Below, piece by piece: positions 1-10,080 of a DNA stretch of 64,000 nucleotides; within the stretch, counting starts at the first letter, position 1; each line of letters opens with the position of its first letter. The translations under genes and the position numbers were made by a program. The notes under the pieces were generated by a model. That model had not been told where the DNA came from. It searched no databases and saw only the letters and a list, made by a program, of their open reading frames with translations. Origin of the DNA: Nitrospirota bacterium (GTDB lineage: Bacteria > Nitrospirota > UBA9217); assembly GCA_963796285.1 (NCBI GenBank), contig CAWCKW010000012.1, positions 1,280,001 through 1,344,000 of the forward strand, read 5' to 3'.

Positions 1-1380
1 ACGAGCTACTCCGATGGAGCAATCTACCCCTTCACAGCTGACATCACGCTGTACGCTCAGTGGAGCGCGCTGCCCAACCACACCGTGACCTTCAACAGCA
101 ACGGCGGCACGGGCTCGATGAGTAACCAGATCGCCAATGTCCCGACGGCGCTGACAGCCAACACCTTCACGCGCACGGGCTACACCTTCAGCGGCTGGAA
201 CACCGCGGCTGACTGGCGGCGGCACGAGCTACGCCGATGGCGCAACCTACGCCTTCACAGCTGACATCACGCTGTACGCCCAGTGGACCGCGCTGCCCAA
301 CCACACCGTGACCTTCAACAGCAATGGCGGCACAGGCTCGATGAGTAACCAGATCGCCAATGTCCCGACGGCGCTGACAGCCAACACCTTCACGCGCACG
401 GGCTACACCTTCAGCGGCTGGAACACCGCGGCTAATGGCGGCGGCACGGCCTACGCCGATGGAGCAACCTACGCCTTCGCAGCTGACATCACGCTGTACG
501 CCCAGTGGACCGCGCTGCCCAACCACACCGTGACCTTCAACAGCAATGGCGGCACAGGCTCGATGAGTAACCAGATCGCCAACGTCCCGACGGCGCTGAC
601 AGCCAACACCTTCACGCGCACGGGCTACACCTTCAGCGGCTGGAACACCGCGGCTAATGGCGGCGGCACGACCTACGCCGATGGAGCAACCTACGCCTTC
701 ACGGCTGACATCACGCTGTACGCCCAGTGGAGCGCGCTGCCCAACCACACCGTGACCTTCAACAGCAATGGCGGCACAGGCTCGATGAGTAACCAGATCG
801 CCAATGTCCCGACGGCGCTGACAGCCAACACCTTCACGCGCACGGGCTACACCTTCAGCGGCTGGAACACCGCGGCTAATGGCGGCGGCACGACCTACGC
901 CGATGGAGCAACCTACGCCTTCGCAGCTGACATCACGCTGTACGCCCAATGGAGCGCGCTGCCCAACCACACCGTGACCTTCAACAGCAATGGCGGCACC
1001 GGCTCGATGAGTAACCAGATCGCCAATGTCCCGACGGCGCTGACAGCCAACACCTTCACGCGCACGGGCTACATCTTCAGCGGCTGGAACACCGCGGCTA
1101 ATGGCAGCGGCACGGCCTACGCCGATGGAGCAACCTACGCCTTCGCAGCTGACATCACGCTGTTCGCCCAATGGACCGCAAACCAACCACACCGTGACCT
1201 TCAACAGCAATGGCGGCAACCGGCTCGATGAGTAACCAGATCGCCAATGTCCCAGACGGCGACTGACAGCCAACACCTTCACCTCACGGGCTTCACCTTC
1301 AGCGGCTGGAACACCGCGGCTAATGGCAGCGGCACAGCCCTATGGAGCAATCTACCCCTTCGCAGCTAAATCGCCCTTTA
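1..1380 (+). repeat. About six near-identical 222-bp tandem repeats
   Basis: CACCGTGACCTTCAACAGCAA recurs at 81, 304, 526, 748, 970 and 1190. Confidence 0.95.
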
Positions 1381-1538
1381 CGCCAATGGTTGTAAGCTTT
1401 GCCTGCAATACGAACTTATATAGCCACAATGTCTCGCAGTACACGATCAGCGTTGATGGCTTGTTGACCCCCATGACACCCGTCCACGGTAGCGGCGGAT
1501 TCTGCTCCCTACTTCTCACCATTGTAGGTATCCATTAA
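1..1538 (+). CDS. Partial surface protein with tandem 74-aa InlB B-repeat/Listeria-Bacteroides-type repeats; starts before the window, frameshifted, degenerate tail
   Basis: ORF 308..1231 repeats TVTFNSNGGTGSM...TRTGYTFSGWNT...DITLYAQW; the same repeat continues in other frames at 1-300 and 1190-1380. Confidence 0.8.
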
Positions 1539-1776
1539 TAAACAGCGTCCTTCATATATCAAGACTATTTACTCTAATTCCCATGAAGTACATCCATCGG
1601 ATGGCCTCGGAATCATTGATTTTGCCAAAGGATACCTGAGTCGTCTTGAGGTCGTGGTGTCTTAACAGCATTTATGAAACGATCTCCAAGATAACCCTAT
1701 TCCGACTGGGTAAACGTGTCATCGAAGTATTTCCCGCTTCCCTCATAGCACGGTTCTCCTGTATAATCACTGCAAC

Positions 1777-2280
1777 ATGAAGAAACAAAACCTCGTCAAG
1801 AGAACTATCCGATTAATTCTAATCACCTTTGCTGCTGCCTGGATGCTCTTTGAGGATTGGGTATGGGATAGTCTGGTTGCCTTCATGCAAGTAGTGGGGC
1901 GACTGAAAATAGTCAACCGCTTTGAAACCTACCTCGCCAAACAGAATCAATATCTCTTGCTCACATTATTTATCTTCCCCTTTTTCATAATGATACCTGC
2001 AAAGGTATATGGGATTTATCTCATTACCAGCGGTAAGGTAATTCGGGGCGTTACGATCTTCGTGGTAGCAAAGGGCTTGATAACCCTTCTCGTCACCAGA
2101 TTGTTTATTGTCAGCAAGGATAGGCTTCTGCTGATAAAATCATTTGCCTCATTTTACTACTGGTTTACGGATAAGAAGGAATGGTTATATTCAGAAGTTC
2201 GCAAACTACCAGCATGGCAGATGGCAAGAGAATGGATTGCACAGCTAAAGATGCAATTACGCAATTTGCTCAGGAAATAA
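1777..2280 (+). CDS. Hypothetical membrane protein
   Basis: 167-aa ORF with several hydrophobic segments; TATAAT at 1762-1767. Confidence 0.75.
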   Translation: MKKQNLVKRTIRLILITFAAAWMLFEDWVWDSLVAFMQVVGRLKIVNRFETYLAKQNQYLLLTLFIFPFFIMIPAKVYGIYLITSGKVIRGVTIFVVAKGLITLLVTRLFIVSKDRLLLIKSFASFYYWFTDKKEWLYSEVRKLPAWQMAREWIAQLKMQLRNLLRK

Positions 2281-2437
2281 CGTCCCTAATATGTCCTCAT
2301 CTCCTCGAACCGAAACCAAGGGCTTAAGGCGGCTATGAGGCCTGTTTACATATTACTACGTGGGTGCTCAAATCACAGTTCAAACAAGAAAGAAAAAAAG
2401 GAACCTTAGTTAAGGGGATTGAAAATCCTTCGCTCCT

Positions 2438-3409
2438 CTATAGCTTCTGCTTTCTTCCCGTCATTACAATCGTGTCTCCAAGAGTGGTCTTTTTGATGCG
2501 CTTGAATCCCGTCTTTGTAAGCCAAGCCTTCATTTCCTGCATCGTATAGCACCTTCCTGCCGTAGTATTGACAAGCATGTTTACAGAAAAAAGAGCGCCG
2601 GGGACGGGGTGGGCGCGATCCTTTCCCAGGAAGAATTCCTGGATCGCGATCTTGCCTCCGGGGTTCATCGCGTCATACGATTTTTTCAGGAGCGCCGTAC
2701 TTTCATCAATCGAAAGTGAGTGTACGATCTGACTAATGAATACCAGGTCGTATCCGCTGCCGATATCATCGGAGTGGAAATCGCCGGCGATGCATTCTAC
2801 ATTCTTTACCTTTGATTCTCTCACGATCTTCCTCGCAACTCCCATGGTATTCGGCTGATCGAAGAGGGTAACGGAAATTCCGTGACGCGCCATCTCTATG
2901 CTGTACGTCCCCGGCCCGCCGCCGAGGTCGAGGGCCTTTTTTATACCACGGATGCCAACAACCTGTATCACATCCTTTGCGTGAAAGACCGCATTGTTAT
3001 GCATGGCCCTGATGAAAGATTCATGGTGACGCTCGCGCGTTCGGCTCGGCAGGCCGGTTTTCATGACCTCGTCGAGAGCCGACCAGCTTTTCCAGAGAGT
3101 GTCCGAGTGGCGAAGCATGTCTCCCTGATACCAATATGACTTTTTTACGAGAAATTTTGTTGCAAGAGACGAGTTCCTGTATTTCGAACCTCTTTTCTTG
3201 AGCAGGTCCAGGGCTGTCACGGCATCGAGAAGGATTTCCGTCGCGCGCGGATCGGTCTTGATCCTTTTGGCCAGAACGCCGGCTGTCTTCGGCGTCTTGA
3301 GGTGTTCAAACACGGCATAGTTGTTCGCGGTGAGGATCACACGCGAGGCTCGAAAGCCCCCGGAGAGTTGTCTGAATACGTGGAGCTGTTGAAGAAGATC
3401 GTTGTTCAT
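2438..3409 (-). CDS. SAM-dependent O-methyltransferase with dimerisation domain
   Basis: LDLGGGPG motif, GDF, SLNML-like C-terminal motif; ATG at 3409 (MNND) preceded by AAGGA. Confidence 0.9.
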   Translation of the reverse strand: MNNDLLQQLHVFRQLSGGFRASRVILTANNYAVFEHLKTPKTAGVLAKRIKTDPRATEILLDAVTALDLLKKRGSKYRNSSLATKFLVKKSYWYQGDMLRHSDTLWKSWSALDEVMKTGLPSRTRERHHESFIRAMHNNAVFHAKDVIQVVGIRGIKKALDLGGGPGTYSIEMARHGISVTLFDQPNTMGVARKIVRESKVKNVECIAGDFHSDDIGSGYDLVFISQIVHSLSIDESTALLKKSYDAMNPGGKIAIQEFFLGKDRAHPVPGALFSVNMLVNTTAGRCYTMQEMKAWLTKTGFKRIKKTTLGDTIVMTGRKQKL

Positions 3410-3562
3410 CGAGTAGTCCTTTCGCTGCGATGTGAAACTTTGGTGACGTTGTTTCTCACTATGCTTTTCTCCGCTCCGCTTCCGATCCACCCGCTCAAGC
3501 GCCATTCTCGGGGGAAAATTGGGAACATCTTATAATCCACGAAGTTGTTCTCAGATTACCGG

Positions 3563-4123
3563 TTATTTTCCTGAGCGTACCGGCCAGACGTAGTAGCTGA
3601 CGGCCTTTTTGCCCCAGTACGTGTGGCCGTCTGACAGGTTGACGTACCACGCGTCATCAGTCGAAGGGGCGTAGGTAGTAGCGGTCCAGTAGTGACCAGA
3701 CTGCACGCTACTAAACCCCTGACTATTGAGCCATGCTGCTATGTTTGATTGGCCTGCGTTCACCAGGCTTTCAAGCTCTCGAACATTGGGCACGCGCCAC
3801 TGCCCGGATGTGGATCCATCTGTCAATCCGCATTGACCGTTTGCAATGCTACCGACGTCTTTCAGCGCAGCAGTCCATGACACACCTAAGCAGTTCGCGT
3901 TTTTCAGCCATATTAGACCCGTAAGATTGTCTATAACTGTTCCGTTACTGTTGTCCGTGAACCTTGGGCTCGGCCAGGCAACACCTTTCTGAAGCGCTCC
4001 GTCGTCATTGCTCTCATAGCTTGAAGTCTGGCCGGTGCCGGGAAGCTGTACTGTACCTGCATAGGCGCACACCGGCAAGACCATGACTGTTAAAAGAATT
4101 ATCATAAACATAACTTTAGTCAT
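3563..4123 (-). CDS. Secreted DUF1566 (Lcl C-terminal, C-type-lectin-like) protein
   Basis: Signal peptide, TGQ motif, RFTDNxNGTVxDNLTGLIW, WRVPNVRELESL, YVWPVR at the C-terminus. Confidence 0.85.
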   Translation of the reverse strand: MTKVMFMIILLTVMVLPVCAYAGTVQLPGTGQTSSYESNDDGALQKGVAWPSPRFTDNSNGTVIDNLTGLIWLKNANCLGVSWTAALKDVGSIANGQCGLTDGSTSGQWRVPNVRELESLVNAGQSNIAAWLNSQGFSSVQSGHYWTATTYAPSTDDAWYVNLSDGHTYWGKKAVSYYVWPVRSGK

Positions 4124-4323
4124 ATCCTTTTCTCCTTTTTGTGTTTCTGTCTATTGCAATGGTGCACCTTTCAATTTCATTACTCAAAGCAGCAAAGCTT
4201 CTATAGGTTCACTTTTTATTTTTGTTGATATCAAATGATCAACTAACATGTTCGGATTGTAACGCAGACGAACCTGGCAAACCTTCAACCGCAAATTTCA
4301 GGAAGGATCAAACTCGGCATTCA

Positions 4324-4725
4324 TTAATGAACAGGCGCCTCCCGCATCAGCGGCAGACTGTTTTCAAGTATCGTTGCCTGCATTGTCAAAATCACCCTTG
4401 GCCTTTTCGGGTCGTTGCACACAACCTCGATCGTTTCCGTTATAAAACCCTTTTTCATCACGGTGGAAATCCTTCCTGTAATTCCCCCTTTTTCACCGGC
4501 TTTAAGATGGCTCGAACTAGCCACCACGGCTGCGCATCCTCAGGACGTATTGACCTCTTTTATGATGAGTTCATCGGACCCAGCATTAATGAATTCAAAG
4601 GTATATTCCAGTTGTGCTCCTCGAATTACTTTCCCGAAGTCATGTTTCTCGGCCGTAAATTCAAGGGCCGGCTGTGCCCAGGCAACTGCAGGAAACAATA
4701 ACAGGATGAGAATTATTTTCTTCAT
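4324..4725 (-). CDS. DUF1573-like exported protein with in-frame UGA (TS-U-GC); probable selenoprotein
   Basis: ORFs 4540..4758 and 4324..4527 are in the same frame and separated only by TGA at 4540-4542, which falls at the first Cys of the family SCGC motif; HDFG...F.F.N.G...L.I and CNDP motifs; hairpin just 3' of the UGA. Confidence 0.75.
4506..4525 (-). promoter_or_regulatory. Candidate bacterial SECIS hairpin
   Basis: Minus strand GGUGGCU-AGUUCG-AGCCAUC: 7-bp stem, G at loop position 2, loop 21 nt after the UGA. Confidence 0.6.
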
Positions 4726-4831
4726 AAATATATTATAGCATATTACGTTTTTATTCATTTAGAAAGACTACAAGATGGTAACAATTTGCTATAATTACGA
4801 TCAGGACGATGACTCAAAAGGAGGGGTTATC

Positions 4832-5266
4832 ATGAACAAAAAATTACTCATGGTGTTGGTTGCGGTCTTATTCACGATGTGCCCGGTCTATCACGTTGAG
4901 GCGGCGGATAAAACTCCGGAACAACTGGTAAAAGAAAGTAAAGCATTGATTAAAGAAGTATCGATCGATGATGTCAAAAAAATGATCGACACAAAGGAAA
5001 ATGTCATCATCCTCGATGTTACTGATAAGCACGAGTTTGAAGGAGGTCATCTCCCTGGAGCAATAAATATTTCACGAGGGATGTTAGAGTTTAAAGTGGC
5101 CCAGATCATACCTGACAAAAATTCAAAAATTGTTGTTTATTGCGGGCTGGATCTCCGAGGGCCGTTGGCCACCAAAACCTTAAACGATCTCGGTTATAAT
5201 AATGCAGTAAACATGGCTGGCGGTCTCAAAGCATGGAAAGCTGCGGGCTATCCCTTAGTCAAGTGA
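4832..5266 (+). CDS. Rhodanese-like domain protein with signal peptide
   Basis: ILDV...EFEGGHLPGAINI...VVYCGLDLR...GGLKAW; GGAGG RBS; extended -10 TGcTATAAT at 4787-4795. Confidence 0.9.
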   Translation: MNKKLLMVLVAVLFTMCPVYHVEAADKTPEQLVKESKALIKEVSIDDVKKMIDTKENVIILDVTDKHEFEGGHLPGAINISRGMLEFKVAQIIPDKNSKIVVYCGLDLRGPLATKTLNDLGYNNAVNMAGGLKAWKAAGYPLVK

Positions 5267-5310
5267 TTTTACACGGTCAGCTGCCCGGAACCCGATATCT
5301 GTTGCTATCA

Positions 5311-5406
5311 TCGGGGTCATGAGGGGCGAGTCTTTTTCGTTGCATTTCATCTTCACTAACGTAAGATCGGGGTAATTTCAATAAGAAAGATTTACCCTAA
5401 TGGTCC
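5311..5406. repeat. MITE-like dispersed repeat, copy 1 (copy 2 at 8779-8884)
   Basis: AGTCTTTTTCGTTGCATTTCATCTT...AATTTCAATAAGAAA...ACCCTAATGGTCC is shared; imperfect terminal inverted repeats. Confidence 0.7.
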
Positions 5407-5410
5407 CCGG

Positions 5411-5890
5411 TTATTTCTCCAGCTCCTTCATTGAATCCAGCATAAGTTTCTTGCCCTGAATCAACTTATTGACCAAGCAAAGGTCTTCCGGGTGCAGCCT
5501 GAACCATTCGATCATTTCGGTTATTTCAAGGATCGGCGTTGCGCATACGGCCGGTGGACCCTCTTTAACTGGCGCAGCTTTTACCGGCTCTTCTTTAAAG
5601 AGCTCTTCCTGGGCGGACTCAAGCGAGGGCTCGTGACCGGACAACATCCACTCAAGGCTGAGATGATGCTTCAAGCAAATATTATAAAGCAGCTCGGCAG
5701 TCGGCCGGACTTCACCTCGCTCGATCTTGCTGACCTCAGCCCGCGTTATGCCGAATTGTTTGGCGAAGTCCGCCTGAGTAGCAGTGCCCCGAACGTGCTT
5801 GATTTTGGACCCAAGCGCCTTATAGTCGATCGCAACATATTCTCCAGTCAGAGCGTCCGGCCCAATAGCTCCTTTTTCGTCTGTTGACAT
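5411..5890 (-). CDS. XRE-family helix-turn-helix transcriptional regulator
   Basis: LGSKIKHVR...TQADFA...VSKIERGE...SLEWML; GGAGG RBS. Confidence 0.85.
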   Translation of the reverse strand: MSTDEKGAIGPDALTGEYVAIDYKALGSKIKHVRGTATQADFAKQFGITRAEVSKIERGEVRPTAELLYNICLKHHLSLEWMLSGHEPSLESAQEELFKEEPVKAAPVKEGPPAVCATPILEITEMIEWFRLHPEDLCLVNKLIQGKKLMLDSMKELEK

Positions 5891-6061
5891 AGCGTGCCTC
5901 CTGTCACATATAATCCCGGAATGCGAATTCTGAAATCTTCACAATACCATTGTTGACCATATTCAGGCAGGAACGACTCCCTGTGTTAGAAGGATACGTT
6001 GACGAATTAATCGTCATCCTCGCGGGTAAAATCTTCATCCTCGGCAAAGAGCGCCGAAATA

Positions 6062-7951
6062 TCAAACTGCATTTGTGATTTCTTGATGCGCTTCCCTTTC
6101 CAGACGCGGTAGTTCAAGAGTGAATATCACGCCTCCTTCTGTGTTGTCCGCTGACAACTTCCCATGCATATGCTCTTCAACAATCACTTTCGACATGTAA
6201 AGCCCCAGGCCTGTCCCCTTTGTCGTCCCCTTGGTGGTAAAGTAAGGGTCGAAGATACTCCCCATTGCCTCAGGAGGGATCCCTCCTCCGTTGTCACTCA
6301 CTTTGATAATGACCTTGCCGTTCGTGTCATAAAAGTCAAAGGACAGGAGCCCCCTTTCTGATGCGATAATGCCTCCCCGAGCCTTCTTTTCGATGATGGC
6401 GTCCCGGGCATTGTTGACAAGGTTGAGTATGGCATGTTCAAATTCATTTCTGAAGCCTTCAACGGCTTTTTCAGCGCAGAAAACGACGTCGGCCTCGTTC
6501 TCGAACGTCTTCCCATGGGTATGGCAGGTGAGCCTATATACAATATTATCGGCCGCCAACTGCGCCGAGACCAGGGACAGCACGTCTCCGACGGCACGCA
6601 TCGCGTCGAAGACCGTCTTTTCTTTATCCGGCTTATAGAAGCTGCGAAAGTCGTCAATGGTCTTGGACATGTGAAGTATCTGCGACATGGCTTTTTCAAC
6701 CGTCTCCTCCAGATACTCCCTGTCCAATTTGCCGCGGGCATAGGCGTCTTCTATACGTTGTACAATGAGTCCCACCACATTGAGGGGCTGCCGCCATTGA
6801 TGAGCGATAGCGCCGAGCATTTCGCCCATTGCCGCCAGCTTGGACTGCTGCATCATCATCCGCTCGTTCTTCATCCGAACCGCGATCTCCTCCGCTACCT
6901 TCTTTTCGAGGTTCCTCGTCAGGTCCTCGAGCTGTCTCGTCTTTTCCTGCAAAGCCTGCTCCACCTGTTTTCGTTCCGTAATGTCCCGGATGACGCTGAA
7001 AATCACCTGCTTTCCGTTTAAACCCATCATCCTCGCGTTTATCTCCACTGGCATGACTGAACCGTCTTTTCTTACATGAGCCGACTCGAACGCTATCCGG
7101 CCGAATTGTTTCAAGCGCTCCATACGCTCTGGGATCATGGCGGCAAAAGATGGAGGATCCAGCTGGGACAGGTGGAGGGACAGCAGTTCCTCCCTGGTGT
7201 AACCCAGACGCTCGTAGGCGACGGCGTTGATGTCCAGGATATGCCCCTCCATGTCGACAATGAACAGAGCGTCGCTCGCGGATTCAAAAAGGGTCCGGAA
7301 CTTTTCTTCGCTTTGCTGCATCGACCATTCTATCTGCTTGCGTTCGGTGATGTCGCGGCCAACGGCAACCAATCCGATGACTGCGCCTCCGTCGTCCACC
7401 ATTGGGGCCTTAACCATGTCGAAATAGGAAACCGTGCCGTCCCTTCGGACAATCCGCTCCTCGGCCTGCGTCGGTACGCTCTGCCTCATCGCCTCTTCGT
7501 CGCTCTTCCTGCAGGCCGCGGCAGGACCGGGAGGCAACAGCTCCTCGATGGTTTTTCCCGTGATCTCGTCCCTGGCGTGGCCCGTGACTTCCTCTACCGC
7601 CCTGTTCACGACCACGTGCCGTCCGACCACATCCTTAAAGATGACCATGTCCGGAATCGTATTGATCAACGCCTGGAGCCTCGTATTTATGTCCGCGAAC
7701 GCTTCATTTGCCTTTTTTTCGTGGTCCCTAATCGCCTTAAAGATAAGGATCACAATGATGCTCACCATCAAGGCGACGACAAAGGCGTCCACGGCGCCGA
7801 TCAGGAGCAAGTCGAGGTCTATTCTTCCCCACCAGAGCAACCCCATGGCTGCATTCATGATGGCGGTGAATACCTCCGATAAAGCCAATGAAATCCAGAG
7901 CAGATTCCATAGCTTTATTATCTTAAGTTTTTGATAAATATTGCCCAACAT
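6062..7951 (-). CDS. Membrane PAS-PAS sensor histidine kinase
   Basis: Two TM helices, two PAS domains (RDITERK), H-box IAHQWRQPL, N box, DNGGG, FDPYFTTK, GTGLGL. Confidence 0.93.
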   Translation of the reverse strand: MLGNIYQKLKIIKLWNLLWISLALSEVFTAIMNAAMGLLWWGRIDLDLLLIGAVDAFVVALMVSIIVILIFKAIRDHEKKANEAFADINTRLQALINTIPDMVIFKDVVGRHVVVNRAVEEVTGHARDEITGKTIEELLPPGPAAACRKSDEEAMRQSVPTQAEERIVRRDGTVSYFDMVKAPMVDDGGAVIGLVAVGRDITERKQIEWSMQQSEEKFRTLFESASDALFIVDMEGHILDINAVAYERLGYTREELLSLHLSQLDPPSFAAMIPERMERLKQFGRIAFESAHVRKDGSVMPVEINARMMGLNGKQVIFSVIRDITERKQVEQALQEKTRQLEDLTRNLEKKVAEEIAVRMKNERMMMQQSKLAAMGEMLGAIAHQWRQPLNVVGLIVQRIEDAYARGKLDREYLEETVEKAMSQILHMSKTIDDFRSFYKPDKEKTVFDAMRAVGDVLSLVSAQLAADNIVYRLTCHTHGKTFENEADVVFCAEKAVEGFRNEFEHAILNLVNNARDAIIEKKARGGIIASERGLLSFDFYDTNGKVIIKVSDNGGGIPPEAMGSIFDPYFTTKGTTKGTGLGLYMSKVIVEEHMHGKLSADNTEGGVIFTLELPRLEREAHQEITNAV

Positions 7952-8373
7952 AAGCAATCCCCTTCAACATCTTCGGTCTCTGAAACGCCTTAAATCTTTT
8001 CTAGCATACACTATCGGCCTTGCGATGTACAAATCTTATCTGTTCAGCAATATGACCACGTTTGACATGGAAACCTTCGGGCCGTTTCGACCCGGTTCCG
8101 TCAGAGAGTCTTCGGCCGAAAGAGGGCGTCGTCTGCTCTCAACATGAAACGGTCGTCGGTATCGCCAACGCAGAGCCGGGCCACGCCAATACTGCACGTC
8201 ATTTGCCGGACTCCGGCAACCTCTCGGCTTTCGATCAGAAGATGCAATTTCTTCGCGTATCATCGCGCATTGTCCGCAGCGGTATTCCTTTTTCAACGCT
8301 TTCCGACTATGCTACGCCGATGACTTCAAGAACGCTGTAAGGACTACGCCTGAGATTTCCAAATTTTTTAAAG

Positions 8374-8763
8374 TCATAGTTTTGTTTTGCTATCCAGTGT
8401 GCGTACACCTTTTATCAAAGGGAAGCTTAGAAGAACCAGAACGGCTATATCAACTCCTACATTGAGAAAAACACCGTAGTAGAGAGAAAATGCACCTTCA
8501 ATGATAAGCCAGACAAGAATTCCTTTCAGAAGCGCCTTCATCAGCTCGGTATCATTTTTGCGAAAGGCGTGACGCCCAACAAAGAAAAAAGTTGCACTCA
8601 AACCAATCAACGTTGCTCCGTAGACACCGTTGCTCCACGGCACTAATAATTCTGGAGATACGATAGGAAGAACACCGAGACCAAAGAAAGAAAACACAAT
8701 ACCCCAAAGTACCCCGATTGTCGAGACGACGCTGAACCATAAGATTAATGTTTTATTGTTCAT
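8374..8763 (-). CDS. Hypothetical 4-TM membrane protein
   Basis: 129-aa hydrophobic ORF. Confidence 0.7.
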   Translation of the reverse strand: MNNKTLILWFSVVSTIGVLWGIVFSFFGLGVLPIVSPELLVPWSNGVYGATLIGLSATFFFVGRHAFRKNDTELMKALLKGILVWLIIEGAFSLYYGVFLNVGVDIAVLVLLSFPLIKGVRTLDSKTKL

Positions 8764-8778
8764 ATTTTAAAAGTTATT

Positions 8779-8884
8779 TCGGGGTCACCAGGGGTCACTT
8801 CGTCAAGTCTTTTTCGTTGCATTTCATCTTTAATAACTCAAGATCGAGATAATTTCAATAAGAAATAATTGACCCTAATGGTCC
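8779..8884. repeat. MITE-like dispersed repeat, copy 2
   Basis: Closely similar to 5311-5406. Confidence 0.7.
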
Positions 8885-9486
8885 TTTGAACGATTTATGA
8901 GAGCCTCAGCTTCAGCCTTTAGCGACTCAAGATCTCCTATGAGATTGTTTTCGTCCGCATATTCGCTCTTGTGAAATTGGATATCAGAGATCCGCCAGAT
9001 GCCGATCTCCCTTTCTAAAGACACTGTGGCATTTCTTGTTGTACCGGGATATTCTGTATTTGGTCCCCAGTGACAGACAACCTTAACGCGCGTTTGCCGT
9101 GTTGTTCTTGATGGCTTCAAGGTCTGACAGGTGGTAGGGTAATCCCAAGACGCAAGAAATGTACCGTTATCTGGTACCATGGGGTCCGGCCCTTCTACCT
9201 CGGGAAGTTTCCTGGCCTCAGTTACAGCTCTCGCTGAATCGACAAGCAATTTTCTCAAATTCGTAGTGAGCCACCTGTTTTGTGCTGAGGTATCGCTTGC
9301 GATATCGCTCTTTGGCATAAGCAAGTAATCGAAAAAGTCCTGAACCACCGACTCTTCCGATTGCTCATTTATTGGAGACGAGAGCGCAGTGGTGGCTGCA
9401 ATAAACAGGAATGCCAATCCAATTATATGAAATCCACGTGCATGTAGGGTCATTGCAGGCCTCCCCATAGTAATTAGGGTATGCAA
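8875..9486 (-). CDS. Hypothetical exported protein (possibly DUF3828/NTF2-like)
   Basis: Signal-like segment, V.DFFDYL, C-terminal WRISDI motif; the real start may be an internal Met. Confidence 0.6.
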   Translation of the reverse strand: MHTLITMGRPAMTLHARGFHIIGLAFLFIAATTALSSPINEQSEESVVQDFFDYLLMPKSDIASDTSAQNRWLTTNLRKLLVDSARAVTEARKLPEVEGPDPMVPDNGTFLASWDYPTTCQTLKPSRTTRQTRVKVVCHWGPNTEYPGTTRNATVSLEREIGIWRISDIQFHKSEYADENNLIGDLESLKAEAEALINRSKDH

Positions 9487-10080
9487 AATTCAGAGAGAAG
9501 AAAGCACTAACGGCTTTAACGGGTAATCTTTACTGCTCGCGCTTGTTTGCGTCCTTCGGCTGCACCTTCAACTGTGTGCTTTGAAGAAATAGCGACCATT
9601 ATCGATTCCTGAGTGAAACATACAATGCATAAACCCGACAGCTGTTTAAATGAAATGACGGATCGATTCTTTCACGGCTCCCCGGACATAAAAACAGGGT
9701 AATGGGAAGAAATAATCACACTTTAATCAAATGTCAGCCGCCGCTTCCAGCGGTTAGCTGGAAGCTCGAAAAAGCCATCGGGGACTTAGTTGTTACTGAG
9801 GATACTTTATTCTTTTCATAACGCGTAATTTGAGGGTACGCAATGTAGGAAAACAACCTGATATGTCTATTTCTGCATGTTGTGGAGATTATACAGGAGA
9901 ATCGTACCTTGAGGGAAACAAGATTCCTTCAGGATGCGTCACGCTTTCTTAAACATTCCCATTTATAAAGCCTACCCGTTTGAAATAAACATTCATTACT
10001 TTACAAAAACATGTTAATTAGCTATTATGTAGCCGTCTGTGGTTATCAATAATTATTGGTGTCTCGTGTGAGGTAATTAT

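Noticed and set aside
188-1282. 364-aa minus-strand ORF
   Set aside because: Antisense shadow of the tandem-repeat gene; the plus-strand protein has recognisable domain motifs.
1-1380. Tandem repeats here and at 62657-63613 as CRISPR arrays
   Set aside because: Units are 117-222 bp, codon-phased and protein-coding, with no unique spacers and no cas genes.
8036-8296. 86-aa ORF with CxxC
   Set aside because: No recognisable family, TTG start and no clear RBS; left uncalled.
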